Below are positions 39,910 to 53,486 of a stretch of DNA of 64,000 nt, in pieces. Source of the stretch: Octopus vulgaris (lineage: Eukaryota); assembly GCA_951406725.2 (NCBI GenBank), contig OX597817.1, positions 49,290,001-49,354,000 of the forward strand, given 5' to 3'. Every line of letters starts with the position of its first letter. Within the stretch, counting starts at the first letter, position 1. The position numbers and the translations under genes were made by a program. The notes beneath the pieces are model-generated. The model saw only the letters and a program-made list of their open reading frames with translations, did no database searches and was not told the origin of the DNA.

Positions 39910-40122
39910 AGGCGAGCCGGCAGAATTGTTAGCACGCTGGACGAAATGCTTAACAGTATTTCGCCCGTCTCTACGTTCTGAGTTCAAATTCCGCCGAGGT
40001 CGACTTTGCCTTTCATCCTTTAGGGGTCGATAAATTAAGTAGCAGTTATGCACTGGGGTCGATGTAATTGACTTAATCCGTTTGTCTGTCCTTGTTTAGC
40101 CCCTAGTGGGTAGTAAAGAAAT
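39910..40122 (+). mobile_element. Family B SINE
   Basis: GGCGAGCCGGCAGAATTGTTAGCACGC head through GTGGGTAGTAAAGAAATA tail. Confidence 0.8.
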
Positions 40123-40127
40123 ATATA

Positions 40128-40250
40128 TCGCCATATCTATCTGAAAATACTGGTTAACGTCCAAACATCGGCGTGAAGTAATGTTGAATCTGGTTAGTTC
40201 CTAGATGGGTGATCGCTTGGGATACTCAAGAGCTGTTATCCACCGCTTTT
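40128..40250 (+). pseudogene. 5S rRNA-derived relic (pseudogene or SINE3 head)
   Basis: CCATATC..TGAAAATACTGGTT..CGTCC..CATCG..GTGAAG..CTGGTTAGTTCCTAGATGGGTGATCGCTTGGGA..GCTGT aligns over about 110 nt with metazoan 5S rRNA, including box C; TTTT follows. Confidence 0.75.
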
Positions 40251-41754
40251 AAATGAGAATGCTCCAGTAAAACCACAATCAAATGGCTGTAAAGAAAATG
40301 AGGAAGTATAGTGATTTGAAAACAATTTCAAAAGGACAAAACAATTTGTATTCACATCTACATTTTATTCAAATATCATCTCAAAAACTTTTGATCCTAA
40401 CAACTGCAGTTATCTATGTTTATAATCTGATATTAGATTGCATTCTTAAGTGGAATAAACGTACATTTTCCAAACTGTGGCTGACAAATATTACATCAGG
40501 TTTCGATTGTTGTGAAAGCGAATAGATTTGGACACAACTTCTAATTAAGTTTGAAAGACCCTGTTCTCTCCTTCCACACCCCACAAGGAATTACAGACAT
40601 TAATTTTCCAGAAGGACCTTACAACCTAGTCTATTTCAACAACACTAAGATTACCATCTAGGAAACAGTCGTGTATCTCATCCGTTTTACACATGAATGA
40701 TTAACGGGCTCATAATCTCGTATGTCGATGACACGCATGTGCAGTTGCTAAAACATGATTACAGAAGATGTAAGTTCGAGTTCCACCGACAACCTTCGAT
40801 TTTTTTCCAGCCAAGGGAAATATTTACACGCTTTTATTTATAGTTTTATCTTCTTCGAGTTCCAGAGATAAAAACAATTTATTTCATGTCTATCGAAATT
40901 TCTAAATTCTTGTGATGTGAACAACAAATATTACCATTTTCTAAGATAAAATATACACCAACCATAATCTTATCCTCTACAATGCTCAATTAAAATTGAC
41001 ACCTGAAGAGAGCTCGCATTTTTGAAACTGCGCGGCTGTTAGACATGAAAATAACTTAGATCTTATGAAAAGTAAGACTATTCCACTTTTAAACAGAAAT
41101 CACCCAACACACTTCAACCACGCGTGCAGTTTCTTCTTCTGTTTCTTCAATCGCCACTACATTTATTCCAAATACACTGAATACGTTAAGCACAAACCAA
41201 TTCCACTTTGGCCAACCGACATACATTCTCGAGTCACCGTTACTGTGTTTCATTTTCTAGACACCGCCAGAAAAAAAAAATTACCCACCTAAATGTTGAT
41301 CCCTAACAGTGTTTCATGGTTGTACTGTGTACAAACGGAATTTTTTTTCACAGCAGACACAATTCTACATATATTCATACTGAACATTAACTGCAGCAGT
41401 CTTGTTGGTTGGAGAAAGACAAGGTGTCCAAAAGAAACTCATTGCAAAAGAAACATCGTGGTAGAGAGAAGAGAGAGAAAAAAATGTGATCTCTGTGTGT
41501 GAATTTAAAATGAAATCGCTAAATATATAGAAAAGAGGGAGACAAAAAAGAGAAAGGGTGAGACATATATGTATACATGTTGTTTTACATTAAACTTATA
41601 CCGCTAAAATGAAAGAGAAACCTGGGAAAAGAAAGTACAAAATGAAAACAAATACATTTTGCGGAAAGGAGAGATGGAAAGAGAGGGAGAAGGGAAAGAG
41701 TTGGGGGCAAACAGGCAGACAGCCAAACAAAGACAGACAGAGAGAAGGAAAAAG

Positions 41755-41796
<42 letters not shown>

Positions 41797-41897
41797 TGAG
41801 AGGGAAATAGAAGGAGAGAGAGATACGCTGAAACGTTGCGCCGACAGAGGGGAAAATAGAAAGAAAGCAGATCATCTTGCTGCTAATTGAAATATTA

Positions 41898-44254
41898 CAC
41901 TGGGCAAAAAAGCTTTTGCTATTGGGGTAAGAGCAGATGTTTTAGACTAAATCGAGGGTTCCGATTCCGAATCCACATTCAGAATCGTCCTAGCGTGTCA
42001 GGATTTTGAGTTATGCGCATGTGCAAGATTATAACTATACTTTCGGCTAGTATTATAAAATTTGCTGAAATGAAAGCGGTCTTAATTCGAAATTGAAGAA
42101 ATAACAGTAATAAAGCAAACGATGAGAAAGTTCATCATTTAGGTTAGCAATAGATGGCGCTGACGTATTGCATGCAGTACCAAATACGTCAGTTTGTTCT
42201 TGGTAACTCTCAGTGTCGTTTGTGCTGCCGGCACATATGGTATGGGTATCTCTTGCACTGCGCGATTATTGTTTTAACTGTGTTCATTATGTTAGATCAT
42301 GAATAGGAGAGGCTGAGTGAATCCCCCAGACAACTTTTGTTATATCTGTGGAAAATATGTTCCGCGTGACCAGTGGAAGAACATTGTCACCAAATTAAAA
42401 ACTGCCTATAAATATTATTTCGGATGTTAAGTTGGGGACCAAGACAAGAGGTGGGAACCTCATAAATGCTGCACCATGTGTTACTCAAGGCTTACACAGT
42501 GGCTGAATGGAAAGCGGAAGGGAATGCCTTTTGCTGCACCAATGGTATGGCATGACCCAACCAATCATGCTTCTGATTGTTGCTTTTGCATGACTAATAT
42601 TACTGGCTTCTCAAAGAAAACCATAGCAAAAATTGTGTATGCAGATTGCAAGTGGATCTAAAATTGGTCCCACATGACTTCGAGAACTCTGTCCCAGTTC
42701 TTCTCTCACGTGCTTCACTTGAAAATCTTGACTCCCTGACTCTTCTATCGACGAAGTGTACGTAGGTGATTCTAAGAAAAATGAGCCAGGCTAGTTTAAT
42801 CAAAACGATTTGAACTATTTAATAAGAGACCTAGCATTGTCAAAGAAAAGGGCAGAAGTTCTGGGATCCAAACTACAACAACGGAATCTCCTACAGCAAG
42901 GTACGAAAACTTCCATTTTCTGTTCTCGCTATAAAGGCTTATCTGTCTTTTTCAAGCAAGAAAGTTATGCTTGTTTCTGTACTGACATTAATGCACTCAT
43001 GCAAAAACTAGGACACGTGCATGTGGCTAACGAATGGAGAATGTTTATAGACTAGAGTAAGGTTAGCTTCAAAGCTGTGTTGTCACATAATGGTAATCAA
43101 AAACCTTCCATTCCTGTGGGTCATGTTGTCGGTATGGAAGAAACTTATGAATTGACGGAACTCTTTCTGAAAGGAGTTAATTACTCAGTTCACAAGTAGA
43201 ATGTTTGTGGTGATATAAAGGTGATTTCCCTTCTCTTAGGACTGCAGCTGGGATATACCCAAAATAAGTGCTTCTTGTGTGTTTGGAACAGCCACGACGA
43301 CAGCAATCATTATACTTTAAGAAACTGGCCTAAAAGAGATGAGCGCATAGTTGGTCGGTACAATGTGCATCATATGCCACTGGTAACCAGGTAAAATATC
43401 TTCCTTTCACTCCTACACTTGGCCTTACGAAAAACTTCGTAAAATCAATTATACACGATGGTTGTGGCTTCCAGTACCTAAAAGTAAAATTTTGGTGCAG
43501 AGAAAAGTGACGCAAAACTGAAAGCACGCATTTTCATTGGATCCAAGATCCATGAATTTATATCTGATAGCAAATTCAGAGGTAAACTAAATCCAGTTGT
43601 GCTGACGGCATGGAATTCATTCGTGTTAGTTGTGCAGAACTTTCTTGGAAATCACAGAGCTAAAAACTATGCTGATTTAATAAACTACATGCTAACAGGA
43701 TATGAAAGAATGGGATGCCGAATGTCCCTTAAAATGCACTTCTTGCTTTCTCATCTCAATTTTTTTCCAACGTATCTTGATGCCCTTAGTATTCAGCATG
43801 GTAAGATGTTCCACCCGGACATATCTGAGATGGAAACGAGGTATCAAGGCCTGTTCAATTCACACATGATGGGTGACTACTGCTGGTTTCTACAACGGGA
43901 GAACACCACGACGCATAAGCGCAAGGGCAAGTGTCTCAAACATTTCTGAGCTGAGCATATCAAAAATAAAGTGAGTATTCTCTTAACATAAATATGCTAT
44001 GTAGCATTATATTATAATACTATTTGCTTTGGATATAAATTTACTATATACAGTACTAATATACTATAATAATAATTATTTATCTTGAACTTAACTACTC
44101 CTGATTCTAATATAGTATTAATATATAATTATGCGCATAACTCAATTGCTACAGCAATTCTGAGTTCAAATTCGGAATCAGCGTACTTGATTTAGTTTAA
44201 TACAGCACCACTTGTCTGGGTCGCAGACAATAAATCTTGTTTCGTTGCCTAATA
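41898..44254 (+). mobile_element. Near full-length decayed Chapaev3-like (CMC superfamily) DNA transposon
   Basis: Begins CACTGGGCAA after TTA. Subterminal inverted repeats: ACTAAATC..GATTCCGAAT..TCAGAAT..TTGAGTTATGCGCAT (41945-42020) vs ATGCGCATAACTCAA..ATTCTGA..ATTCGGAATC..GATTTAGT (from 44131). The right terminus is degenerate (GTTGCCTAATA). Confidence 0.75.
42299..43949 (+). pseudogene. Disrupted Chapaev3-like transposase
   Basis: Frames give PDNFCYICG, GDQDKRWEPHKCC, PMVWHDPTNHASDCCFC, EWRMFID, MSLKMHFLLSHLNFFP and RYQG..MMGDYCW, as recalled for this family, with multiple stops and frameshifts. Confidence 0.8.
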
Positions 44255-45650
44255 ATCATTAGCAGACGACATATTTATTATCAGGTGACCAAATGGAAAG
44301 CATTGGCAGCATATCATGTGACTCACGAACAAGAAGAGAAATCGTCATGTTTATTATTTTATTGTAATTTCATCAAACAAATTACAGGTAAATATTGGGA
44401 GAATACAATAAAATTTGTTTGGCTTACGGGGAGACGTTACTACATATATTTGTTGATAGTACACCAACACACTCCATAAAACTAATAACTAAATAGAAAT
44501 TAACAAATTGATTGGCAACAGGTTTTCAGAAAATTACTGAAGCATTTTTTTTTCATATGTTTAAAAAAATAAAATATAAATAAATTAGCGCATGATTCTG
44601 ATTTTCAGCAAAGCTGATCATTTATTTGGCGTCTTGTCAACGAAAAAAAGATCTCAATAAATCTTTCTTCATTGAAGATATAACCCAGAGAAAATAATAA
44701 AACTAACTGCCTAAGAGAAAAATAATGGACGAAAATTTAATTCATAGTTTTGTCTCCAATTGCTTATCCCGCTCGAATCGTAAACCGATTACGAAATTCC
44801 TTTGTTGTGTGTAGTTTAGCTTTATCCGTACTGTGCTAAATAGTTATTTATGAAACTTTAGACAAGACGCCAGAATTATGAGCTGCTATAAGGATTAACG
44901 ACGTTCGGGGCTGTTATATGCATAAAAGTGATCTGATTACTTTAGATCGAGTCATAAAAATGCTGTGAAGAAATGTATACGTAACGACATGTGAGGGAAA
45001 ATAGTGTGTCCTGATAAAACTTTTACTCCAGAGCTGAGCTGGCTATTTTCCAGTAGAACTATATAGCGGTTAATGATTAATCTCTGACTAAATCTCTAAC
45101 TGGATGAGCTAACAGAAATCTGGAGATATTAGGAATAATATTATATTAACTCCATACTGTTATTAGTGACATTCAAAGTAATTTTACTTTTGTTATATAT
45201 TTTGTTTTAAAGTTTGCGAGGTTTTTTGTCTTTTATTTGTCAGTCAAAATAAAATACTGTTTAAGATTCATCTAAAGACAAAACATTTAACAAATAAGAA
45301 AAGTTTATAATATATTCTTTCTGAATCTAAAAAGAAAATCTATATTTGATTGCCCTAAATTAATTAGCTTAGGTAATTTACTATTTCTTATATTTGTTGT
45401 TGTGAAAATCCAGACAACATACAAATTTTACACATACAAACATATAAATACAAACAACATACACACGCACAGAATACATTGACATATGCACACACAGATA
45501 TATATTTGTTAATGTAGTATAGCTTCATCCGTACTGTCAATGTTAGGATTTTTTTCCTTTTGGCATTTGATAGCCGTTACTTTTAGCTTACTTTAGAAGC
45601 AAATTGCGCGTAATTTTGTTTACAGCTGTTAGTTCAGTTTCAATTTTAAC

Positions 45651-46246
45651 ATGGAGTGCAAATACGAAAATTTTCACTTTATTTTGCTCTTTTATTTCCG
45701 TAAAGGCAAGAAAGCTGCTGAGGCTCACAAAAAGATATGTGAAGTTTATGGTGTTGATTGCTTAACAGAACGCACTTGTCAGAAATGGTTTAAAAGATTC
45801 CGTTCTGAAGATTTTTCACCTAAAGATGACCAACGTTCTGGTTGACCTACTGAAGTTGATGGTGACCGAATCAAAGCCATAATTGAATCTTATTGTCATA
45901 TAACTGTGCAATAGACTGCAGAAAGGTTAAATGTATCACACACAACAACTGAAAATCACTTGAAATGTCCTGGACTCATTAAGAGATCCACTTAAAACAA
46001 CGAATCAATATACTTTTTACTCTTTTACTCTTTTACTCTTTTACTTGTTTCAGTCATTTGTCTGCGACCATGCTGGAGCACCGCCTTTAATCGAGCAACT
46101 CGACCCCGGGACTTATTCTTTTGTAATCCCAGTACTTATTCTATGGGTCTCTTCTGCCGAACCGCTAAGTAACGGGGACATAAACACACCAGCATCGGTT
46201 GTCAAGCAATGCTAGGGGGACAAACACAGACACACAAACACACACA

Positions 46247-46313
<67 letters not shown>

Positions 46314-46565
46314 GACGGGCTTCTTTCAGTTTCTGTCTTCCAAATCCACTCACAAGGCTTTGGTCGACCCGAGGCTATAGCAGAAGACATTTGCCCAAGG
46401 TGCCACGCAGTGGGACTGAACCCGGAACCATGTGGTTGGTAAACAAGCTACTTACCACACAGCCACTCCTGCGCCTATATTTGTGATATGTATTTGAAAT
46501 GCAATGAAATTTTTTGAAACGAAACAACACTGGTGATGAAAAATGGATTGTCTACAATAACATCA
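45651..46565 (+). pseudogene. Mariner transposase relic split by a SINE
   Basis: HTH region ILLFYFRKGKKAAEAHKKICEVYG..TCQKWFKRFRS..RSG*P, then EIHLKQRIN, SINE insertion, ICDMYLKCNE..TGDEKWIVYNN (first catalytic D motif). Confidence 0.85.
46011..46476 (-). mobile_element. SINE family A inserted into a mariner transposase relic
   Basis: Full family A copy; mariner-like coding sequence resumes on both sides. Confidence 0.85.
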
Positions 46566-46837
46566 GTGGTTATGCTGGAGCACTACTATTTAAAGAGATG
46601 GATTACAGCTCTTGAATATTCCAAGTGATCACCTATCTAAGAGCTAATCAAATTCGACATAGCTTCATGCCAATGACTGGTTGTTAATATATCTTTTGCA
46701 GACGAAGGATTGTAGATTAGATATGTGTTCACTCTCAGACTTACCTTTGAATTCCTTATCCTTAAGTGGTCAGATATAGCTTCCCCTGAAATGTACATAC
46801 ATACATACAAACATACATACATACATACATACATACA

Positions 46838-46870
<33 letters not shown>

Positions 46871-48295
46871 GCATGTATGTATGTATGTATGTATGTATGT
46901 ATGTATGTATGTATGTATGTATGTATGTATGTATGTATGTATGTATGTATGTATGTATGCATGTATGTATGTATATGTGTGTGTGTATATGTGTGTGTGG
47001 GAATGTCTATAGATACCTACATGTGTGCACCGCGTGCGCGATTGTATTTGAGATATTTCTTATTCTGTGTATCTTCATGTATTTAGTTTACAAATTACAC
47101 AATCACTCATACGTTTACACTTATAACTCACGTAGACACATAATGACATATATTAGTTTACAGCTAGCATAAGTCGAAATACTTAATGGAGTTTACTTGC
47201 CTAACAATTATTATAAAGAAAGATGAGGAGACAGTTGTTATAGTATTCTGAGCCGTGCAGTTCACAAAATGTCGCCAAGGAAATTAAATGTGTAAGGAGC
47301 GGTTAATCATCCGAGGAATTTGAACAGGTGATGTTCGTGTAACATATATCTGAGACGATTTCGAAACGAGAGAAATTAGCGTAAAATATTTAACGGCCAT
47401 TAAATTTACACGCTATTTTGCGCTGTTTTGTTATTCTTAAAAGAATATCTTTAGCTTTATTTCCACGATAAATTGTTGAAGCTGGAGTTAATAGGGCAGA
47501 CATTACGTGAATATTTACGGTGCATGAAGGATGTCAGTTCAATTCCACAGATAAACGACTGTCTTTTTTATTGTTCATGGGGTTGACCATATACCGGAAA
47601 AATATCGAGTTTAAACCCAAGACTTTGCCAAACATAACCTGATATTTAATTGGGTATAATAGTAAGTAATGAATACTATTGATAAATATGCGAAAATTTT
47701 TTAGACCAAAGAGAAGAAGCTGCAATTTCGCATAGAATAATTTATACTTAAAAAAAAATTATTATCAATATTTAAAGGGAGGATTATCGTAAAGCAGGAT
47801 TACGCACTGCACTATTTGTATAAAACACATGCTGTAAAGGTGCCATTAAAATAACAAACATATTCATATTTTTGTTTGTATTTTATCTCTCTCACTTTCT
47901 ATCTTTCTTTCTCCCTCGAAATAATGTATTCTACGGGGCCTACTTCAACACTAATGTATTTATATTGCAAAAGAAAAAAAAGGAGTAATTACTCCGTATA
48001 TATATTTAAGGATATGTTATGATATGTTGGTATTCTAGTTATGAATGTCGAGAATATATCTTTATTAATATATAATTGTCTTATATACAGTCTTCATATC
48101 TCCCTAAAATAGGTAGTAAATTCTTTTCTATTCAACACTCGAAATTTCGGGGGAGGTGGCCAGTCGATTGCTGCCCTTGTCGCAAAACTTGAAACCATTA
48201 AGGCGGCAAGCACGCCGGACGATATACTTATCGGCATTTCGTCTGTCTCTACGTTCTGAGATTGAATTCCGCCGAGGCCGACGTTGCCTTTCATC

Positions 48296-48626
48296 GGTAC
48301 TTGTATCGCAGAGTGGTCCCGGTTTGCACACACGTGCAGACGCGCGTCCGCGCTAGCCAGACGTAGGCAGTCGATCCTACAAGCTGACTGACGCATGCAC
48401 GATATATACGATATATACTTGTATCGATATATACGTGTATACGATATATACAAGTATATATCGTATACACGTATACATCGTATACACGTATATATCGATA
48501 CAAGTATATATCGTATATATCGTGCATGCGCCAGTCAGCTTGTAGGATCGACTGCCTACGTCGGGCTAGCGCGGACGCGCGTCTGCGCGTGTGCGCAAAC
48601 CGGGACCACTTTGCGATACAAGTACC
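48296..48626. mobile_element. Young 331-bp fold-back MITE with 9-bp TSD (Mutator-like), inserted in a family B SINE
   Basis: Near-perfect TIRs of about 150 bp, GGTACTTGTATCGCA.../...TGCGATACAAGTACC. TSD CCTTTCATC at 48287-48295 and 48627-48635. Confidence 0.9.
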
Positions 48627-48730
48627 CCTTTCATCCTTTCGGGGTTAATAAATTAAGTACCAATGAAACACTGGGATCGACTAGTTCCCTCCCACCAAAT
48701 TTCAGGCCTTGTGTGCCTACAGTAGAAAGA

Positions 48731-48780
<50 letters not shown>

Positions 48781-48782
<2 letters not shown>

Positions 48783-49188
48783 TATGTTTGACTTTTGCTT
48801 TATATTTATACAAGTTGGCTCCAAGTCTCACCCAGGGACCTCAAGAGACAACAGGCTGGAAGTTCATGTTGTTGTTATGCCTAGTGTGCCATATATTTGG
48901 GGTTTTTTGGTGTTGTACTAGTGAATGTCCAAAAAAAAAAAAGAAACGAAAATTATGTTTGTTTTAAACCCTGAGATTACATAGAAAGTATTTTGCGTAG
49001 GATATGAGCAGTTCCCATGAGCACTATCTTTTGAATTTCTGCCATTTTTGGTTTTCCTGGTATCTGAGTTAGGTAGCAATCAGCCCCTTTCGCTATCATT
49101 CCCAGGGCACTTATGACAACAGGTATTGTTTTAGTTTTCAGGTTCCACATTTTGCTGATTTCTATTTCAAGATCTTTATATTTGTTTA

Positions 49189-49190
<2 letters not shown>
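48781..49190 (-). mobile_element. 5'-truncated R4/Dong-like non-LTR retrotransposon inserted in (TAA)n
   Basis: KYKDLEIEISKMWNLKTKTIPVVISALG..IQKIVLMGTAHILRKILS* is the C-terminus of a restriction-like endonuclease (stop at 48977). A ~195-nt 3' UTR follows, and (TAA)n arrays flank both sides. Confidence 0.8.
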
Positions 49191-49231
<41 letters not shown>

Positions 49232-49291
49232 CATTATTATTATTATCATTATTATTATCATTATTATTATTATCATTATTATTATTATTAA

Positions 49292-49335
<44 letters not shown>

Positions 49336-49336
<1 letters not shown>

Positions 49337-50642
49337 AGCCACGAGCTGGCAGAATCGTTAGTACGCTGAACGAAATGCTTAGCAGTATTTCACCCGTCGC
49401 TACGTTCTGAGTTGAAATTCCGACGAGGTCGACTTCCTTTCGGGGTCGATAAATTAAGTACCAGTTGCGCACAGGTGTAGATCTAATCGACTATCCTCTC
49501 CCTCCCCACCCAAATTTCGGGCTTTGTGCCTTGAGTAGAAAAGATTATTATTATTATTAAAGCAGAGAGCTGACACGCCGAGTTCGACTTTGCCTTTCAT
49601 CCTTTCGGGAGTCGATAAAATAAGTACCAGTTGAGCACAGGAATCAATGTAATCGACTTATCCCGTCATCCGAAATTGCTGGCCTTGTGCCAAAATTCGA
49701 AATCAATATCTAAAGTATCTATTTCTATTCGTGTTTTCATCATAATATTCGAACACTGCCCGGGTAAGGGAAATACACTGCTTTCAGCTATCAGTTTAAA
49801 TATCAAAAGGCGGTGAGCTGGCAGAAACGTTAGCACGCCGGGCGAAATGCGTAACCGTATTACGTCTGCCGTTACGTTCTGAGTTCAAATTCCGCCGAGG
49901 TCGAAATTGCTTTCAGCCTTTCGGGGTCGATTAAATAAGTACCAGTTACACACTGGAATCGATAATGTAATCGACTTAATCCGTTTGTCTGTCCTTGTTT
50001 GTCCTCTCTGTGTTTAGCCCATTGTGGGTAGTAAAGAAATAGGTATTTCGTCTGCCGCTACGTTCTGAGTTCAAATTCTGCCGAAGTCGACCTTACCTTT
50101 CATCCTTTCGGGGTCGATAAATTAAGTACCAGTTACGTACTGGGGTCGATGTAATAGACTTAATCCTTTTGTCTGTCCTTGTTTGTCCCCTCTATGTTTA
50201 GCCCCTGGTGGGCAATAAAGAAATAAGTTTAAATGTCAGGCCCTACGGTCATAAAAGCAATAACGAAACAAAACATAATTACAAAAAGCGTAGGACATGT
50301 TGGATAATATGCTTGTAGATATATGATGCCTGACTATAATGAGGGGTGGCCACGGTCGGAATATCTTTGATGGCAGGTGTATTTGAGGAGACAATTTTAC
50401 TTTCTTTAGTTTCCATCTTTTTCTTTTATATCTTTCTTGTTCCAGTTGTTTGTCTGTGGTCACGCTGGGGGTACTTTACTACCCACAAGGGGCTAAACAC
50501 AGAGAGGACAAACAAGGACAGACAAACGGATTAAGTCGATTATATCGACCCCAGTGCGTAACTGGTACTTATTTAATCGACCCCGGAAGGATGAAAGGCA
50601 AAGTCGACCTCGGCGGAATTTGAACTCAGAATGTAGCGGCAG
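49336..50642. mobile_element. Cluster of family B SINEs (plus 49336-49545, 49560-49700, dimer 49808-50226; minus 50473-50642)
   Basis: Repeated family B head, body and tail blocks. The minus copy is flanked by CACGCTGGGGGTA on both sides (TSD-like). Confidence 0.8.
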
Positions 50643-51469
50643 CACGCTGGGGGTAACATCTTGAAATATACGATGTCATGCAGTTGAATTGAACCCGGAA
50701 CCTCATATTTGCGAAACGATCTTCTCATCAACTCGGCCGTGCCTGAATCTGTATGTTGATGAAATAAAAGCCAATAAAAACGTCATTAAATTAAAACGTT
50801 TATGCAACTTCCTTTTAGAAAGAAAAAAAATGTCATTTAGTTTCTTATGTGGTTTACGCAAATTTCTAAGAGCAGAGTGCAAAGGAAGTTTTCCACTAAG
50901 GAAGGAGTACATTTACACACATGTTGCCAAATCAAACTGAAGGATTATAATTTAATGTTTAACATTACATTTTTTGTCACAAGATACTCAACACTCGCTG
51001 TTATCGTCCGGGGGTTTTAATGTATGGGCATTAAGTAACGCGAACTAATACAAGATGAAATTATATATATATGCTGTTGTATGGTCAAGGACAATTTTAA
51101 TATTAGCTTTCAGTGGGGTTCATTTAATAATTTAATAACCAGAAGATTTGTAACTATTTAATCCCTTTGGGTATCTATTATATTTCGAAAAACGAAGAAG
51201 CTAATCAATTTACCATTTCTAAAACACTTAAAGCAATTTAAATGTATTTATTCGCTCCTCTTATATTTAGGAGTAGAAGAGACTGTAGCCAAACTATTAT
51301 TTATAAGAATCATTTCCATTTTAAAATTCATACACGATCCAGTTTCAATCTAAATTTAGCCTAAGCTAAACCACAGATTATTTTTTAATCAATTTGTTTA
51401 CTAGAAAAATATGTTAAATTTTAAGTAACAGCTTACCACACAGTTTTCTTATCAATTATTGCTTAACTA

Positions 51470-51895
51470 AAGCCGGCAGGCTGACAGAATCGTTAGCACG
51501 CTGGACATAATGATTAGCACAGTTCTGTTCGTCTTTACGTTCTGAGTTCAAAATCCGCCGAGGTCAACTTTGCCTTTTATCATTTCGAGGTCGATAAAAT
51601 AAATACCAGTTAAATACTGGGGTCGACATAATCGACCGACGCTCTTCCTCGAACTTGTTGACCTTCTGCCAAAATTTGAAAATAATTATTCTTCCATTAA
51701 AGGTGGCAAGCTTGACAAAATCGTTAGCGGCATTTCGTCTGTATGTATGTTCTGCGTTCAAATTCCAACGAAGTTGACTTTGCCTTTTATTCTTTCGGGA
51801 TCGATAAAATAAGAACCAGTTGAACATTAGGGTAGATGTAATCAACTTAGCCTCTCCCCCAAACCTGCTGAACTTGTGTGAAAATTTGAAATCAA
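51470..51895 (+). mobile_element. Two older tandem family B SINEs
   Basis: Diverged GTTCTGAGTTCAAA..CCGCCGAGGTCAACTTTGCCTTTT bodies. Confidence 0.7.
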
Positions 51896-52197
51896 TTATT
51901 ATTCAATTAAAACAGAATTAATTCTCAGAAATAAAAATAAAAGATGCATAATAATTATCGAAGTTAAATGAAGCCTGGAAACGAAAGTGAACAGTTGTAC
52001 ATTTTCCACTTTCAGCTCTGTGGATTTCCACTCCTAAATTTAAAGGTTTTTTAAGTCTCATTTATAATAATTTCATTTAAAGTTTTATCTGCGAAATCGA
52101 GATATTTAAATAAAATACAATGGTCTTTAGCAATGTGCTGCATCGATGGAAAATTAACACTTTACCGTCAGAGTCCACTGAACTCTAAGTTGCTGAA

Positions 52198-52372
52198 CTC
52201 CCTTCGGTCATAACTAACCATGGGATTGTACCTAGAAAGTTACCCTCCCAGGCACATGTCCGATCAAGGTTGTTTATGGAAGACCAACAGTCGCCCATGC
52301 ATACTGGCCTCCCCTCTCCACGTCACCAGTGTTATCCAAGGGAAAGGCAAATGGGCCGATACAGCTTGGACA
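52198..52372 (-). mobile_element. Probable dispersed repeat (SINE-tail-like) fragment
   Basis: GC-rich island resembling a recalled octopus repeat; single copy in the window. Confidence 0.3.
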
Positions 52373-52675
52373 AGTAACTCAAAGAACGACCCCTCGTCGG
52401 TTGTCGGCCGTCCATCCACTCTCCACTTCGAGCACTCAACGACAATTTATGAGTCTTCGAAGGCAGTTGCTCTGATAAATTCCAAAATAATGTTTTGGAT
52501 TTCTGGAGGCCCAAAGTTGGGAACAAAGGCAGGACAGTGGAGACATACAAGGAAACCGAACGAAAACAAACACGGTGGGTCGTTACACCAGAACGAGAAG
52601 AAAATAGTGAACGCTGGGAGAAATATTTTCTTTGAAAAGAGAACAAATAGAAGAGAGAGAGAGAGAGAGAAGACG

Positions 52676-52718
<43 letters not shown>

Positions 52719-53486
52719 CCCATTTGACAGCTGCTGCTGTTATGTTTACGTCCCCGTAACCTAGCAGTTCGACAAAAGAGACCGATGTAATAAGTAGCAG
52801 ACTTTAAAAAAATGTACTGGGGTCGATACTAAACTTTCAAGGCATTGTGCTCCAGCATGGCCGCAGTCAAATGACTGAAATAAATAAAAGAAACAAATAA
52901 AGATAAAATATATATTCTTTGTAAATTCGGATGTTAAAGGATGATAAGGCAAGCGACCATGATGAGTTGCGATATATGACGAAACACAAATGGTCCGATT
53001 CCTCAGGACCAGCTGCTAAAGTTCCTGGCATTTCGTCACAGGTTTATATTTTTATGGCGAGATTAAATATGTGTTTATCAAACATATGGTTTATGACCGC
53101 CAAATACACACATATACCCAAACACACATGCTCACGCACAAAAAGCACTCACACATGCACACACGTAACACACGCGCACGCGAACACATGCGTAAAGAAG
53201 GAGAGAGCGAATAACAAAAAAAAAAAAGCTGAGTTAAAATAAAAGATAAAAATAGGAGGATGGGATAATTTTACAATCAGAATGATTAATTAGTTCGACG
53301 GTTAATCAAATGGAAAGAGCTAATTGTTATGACATTTGAGACAAACAAAGATTATAGCGACATAAAAGTCGAATCACGAAATAAAATTACAATTTCAATA
53401 AATATACCCGAATTCATACCCAGTGAAATTGTGTATAGTTTATTCACTGGGAGTGAACTTGGGTAGACAGAAACTCTATAGAAACA

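Noticed and set aside
40998-41042. Hammerhead-like CTGAAGA...GAAACTGCGCGG
   Set aside because: Weak stem II, with no proper NUH site or stem I.
52220-52759. 179-aa ORF
   Set aside because: Crosses a probable repeat, microsatellites and a SINE; no coherent protein.
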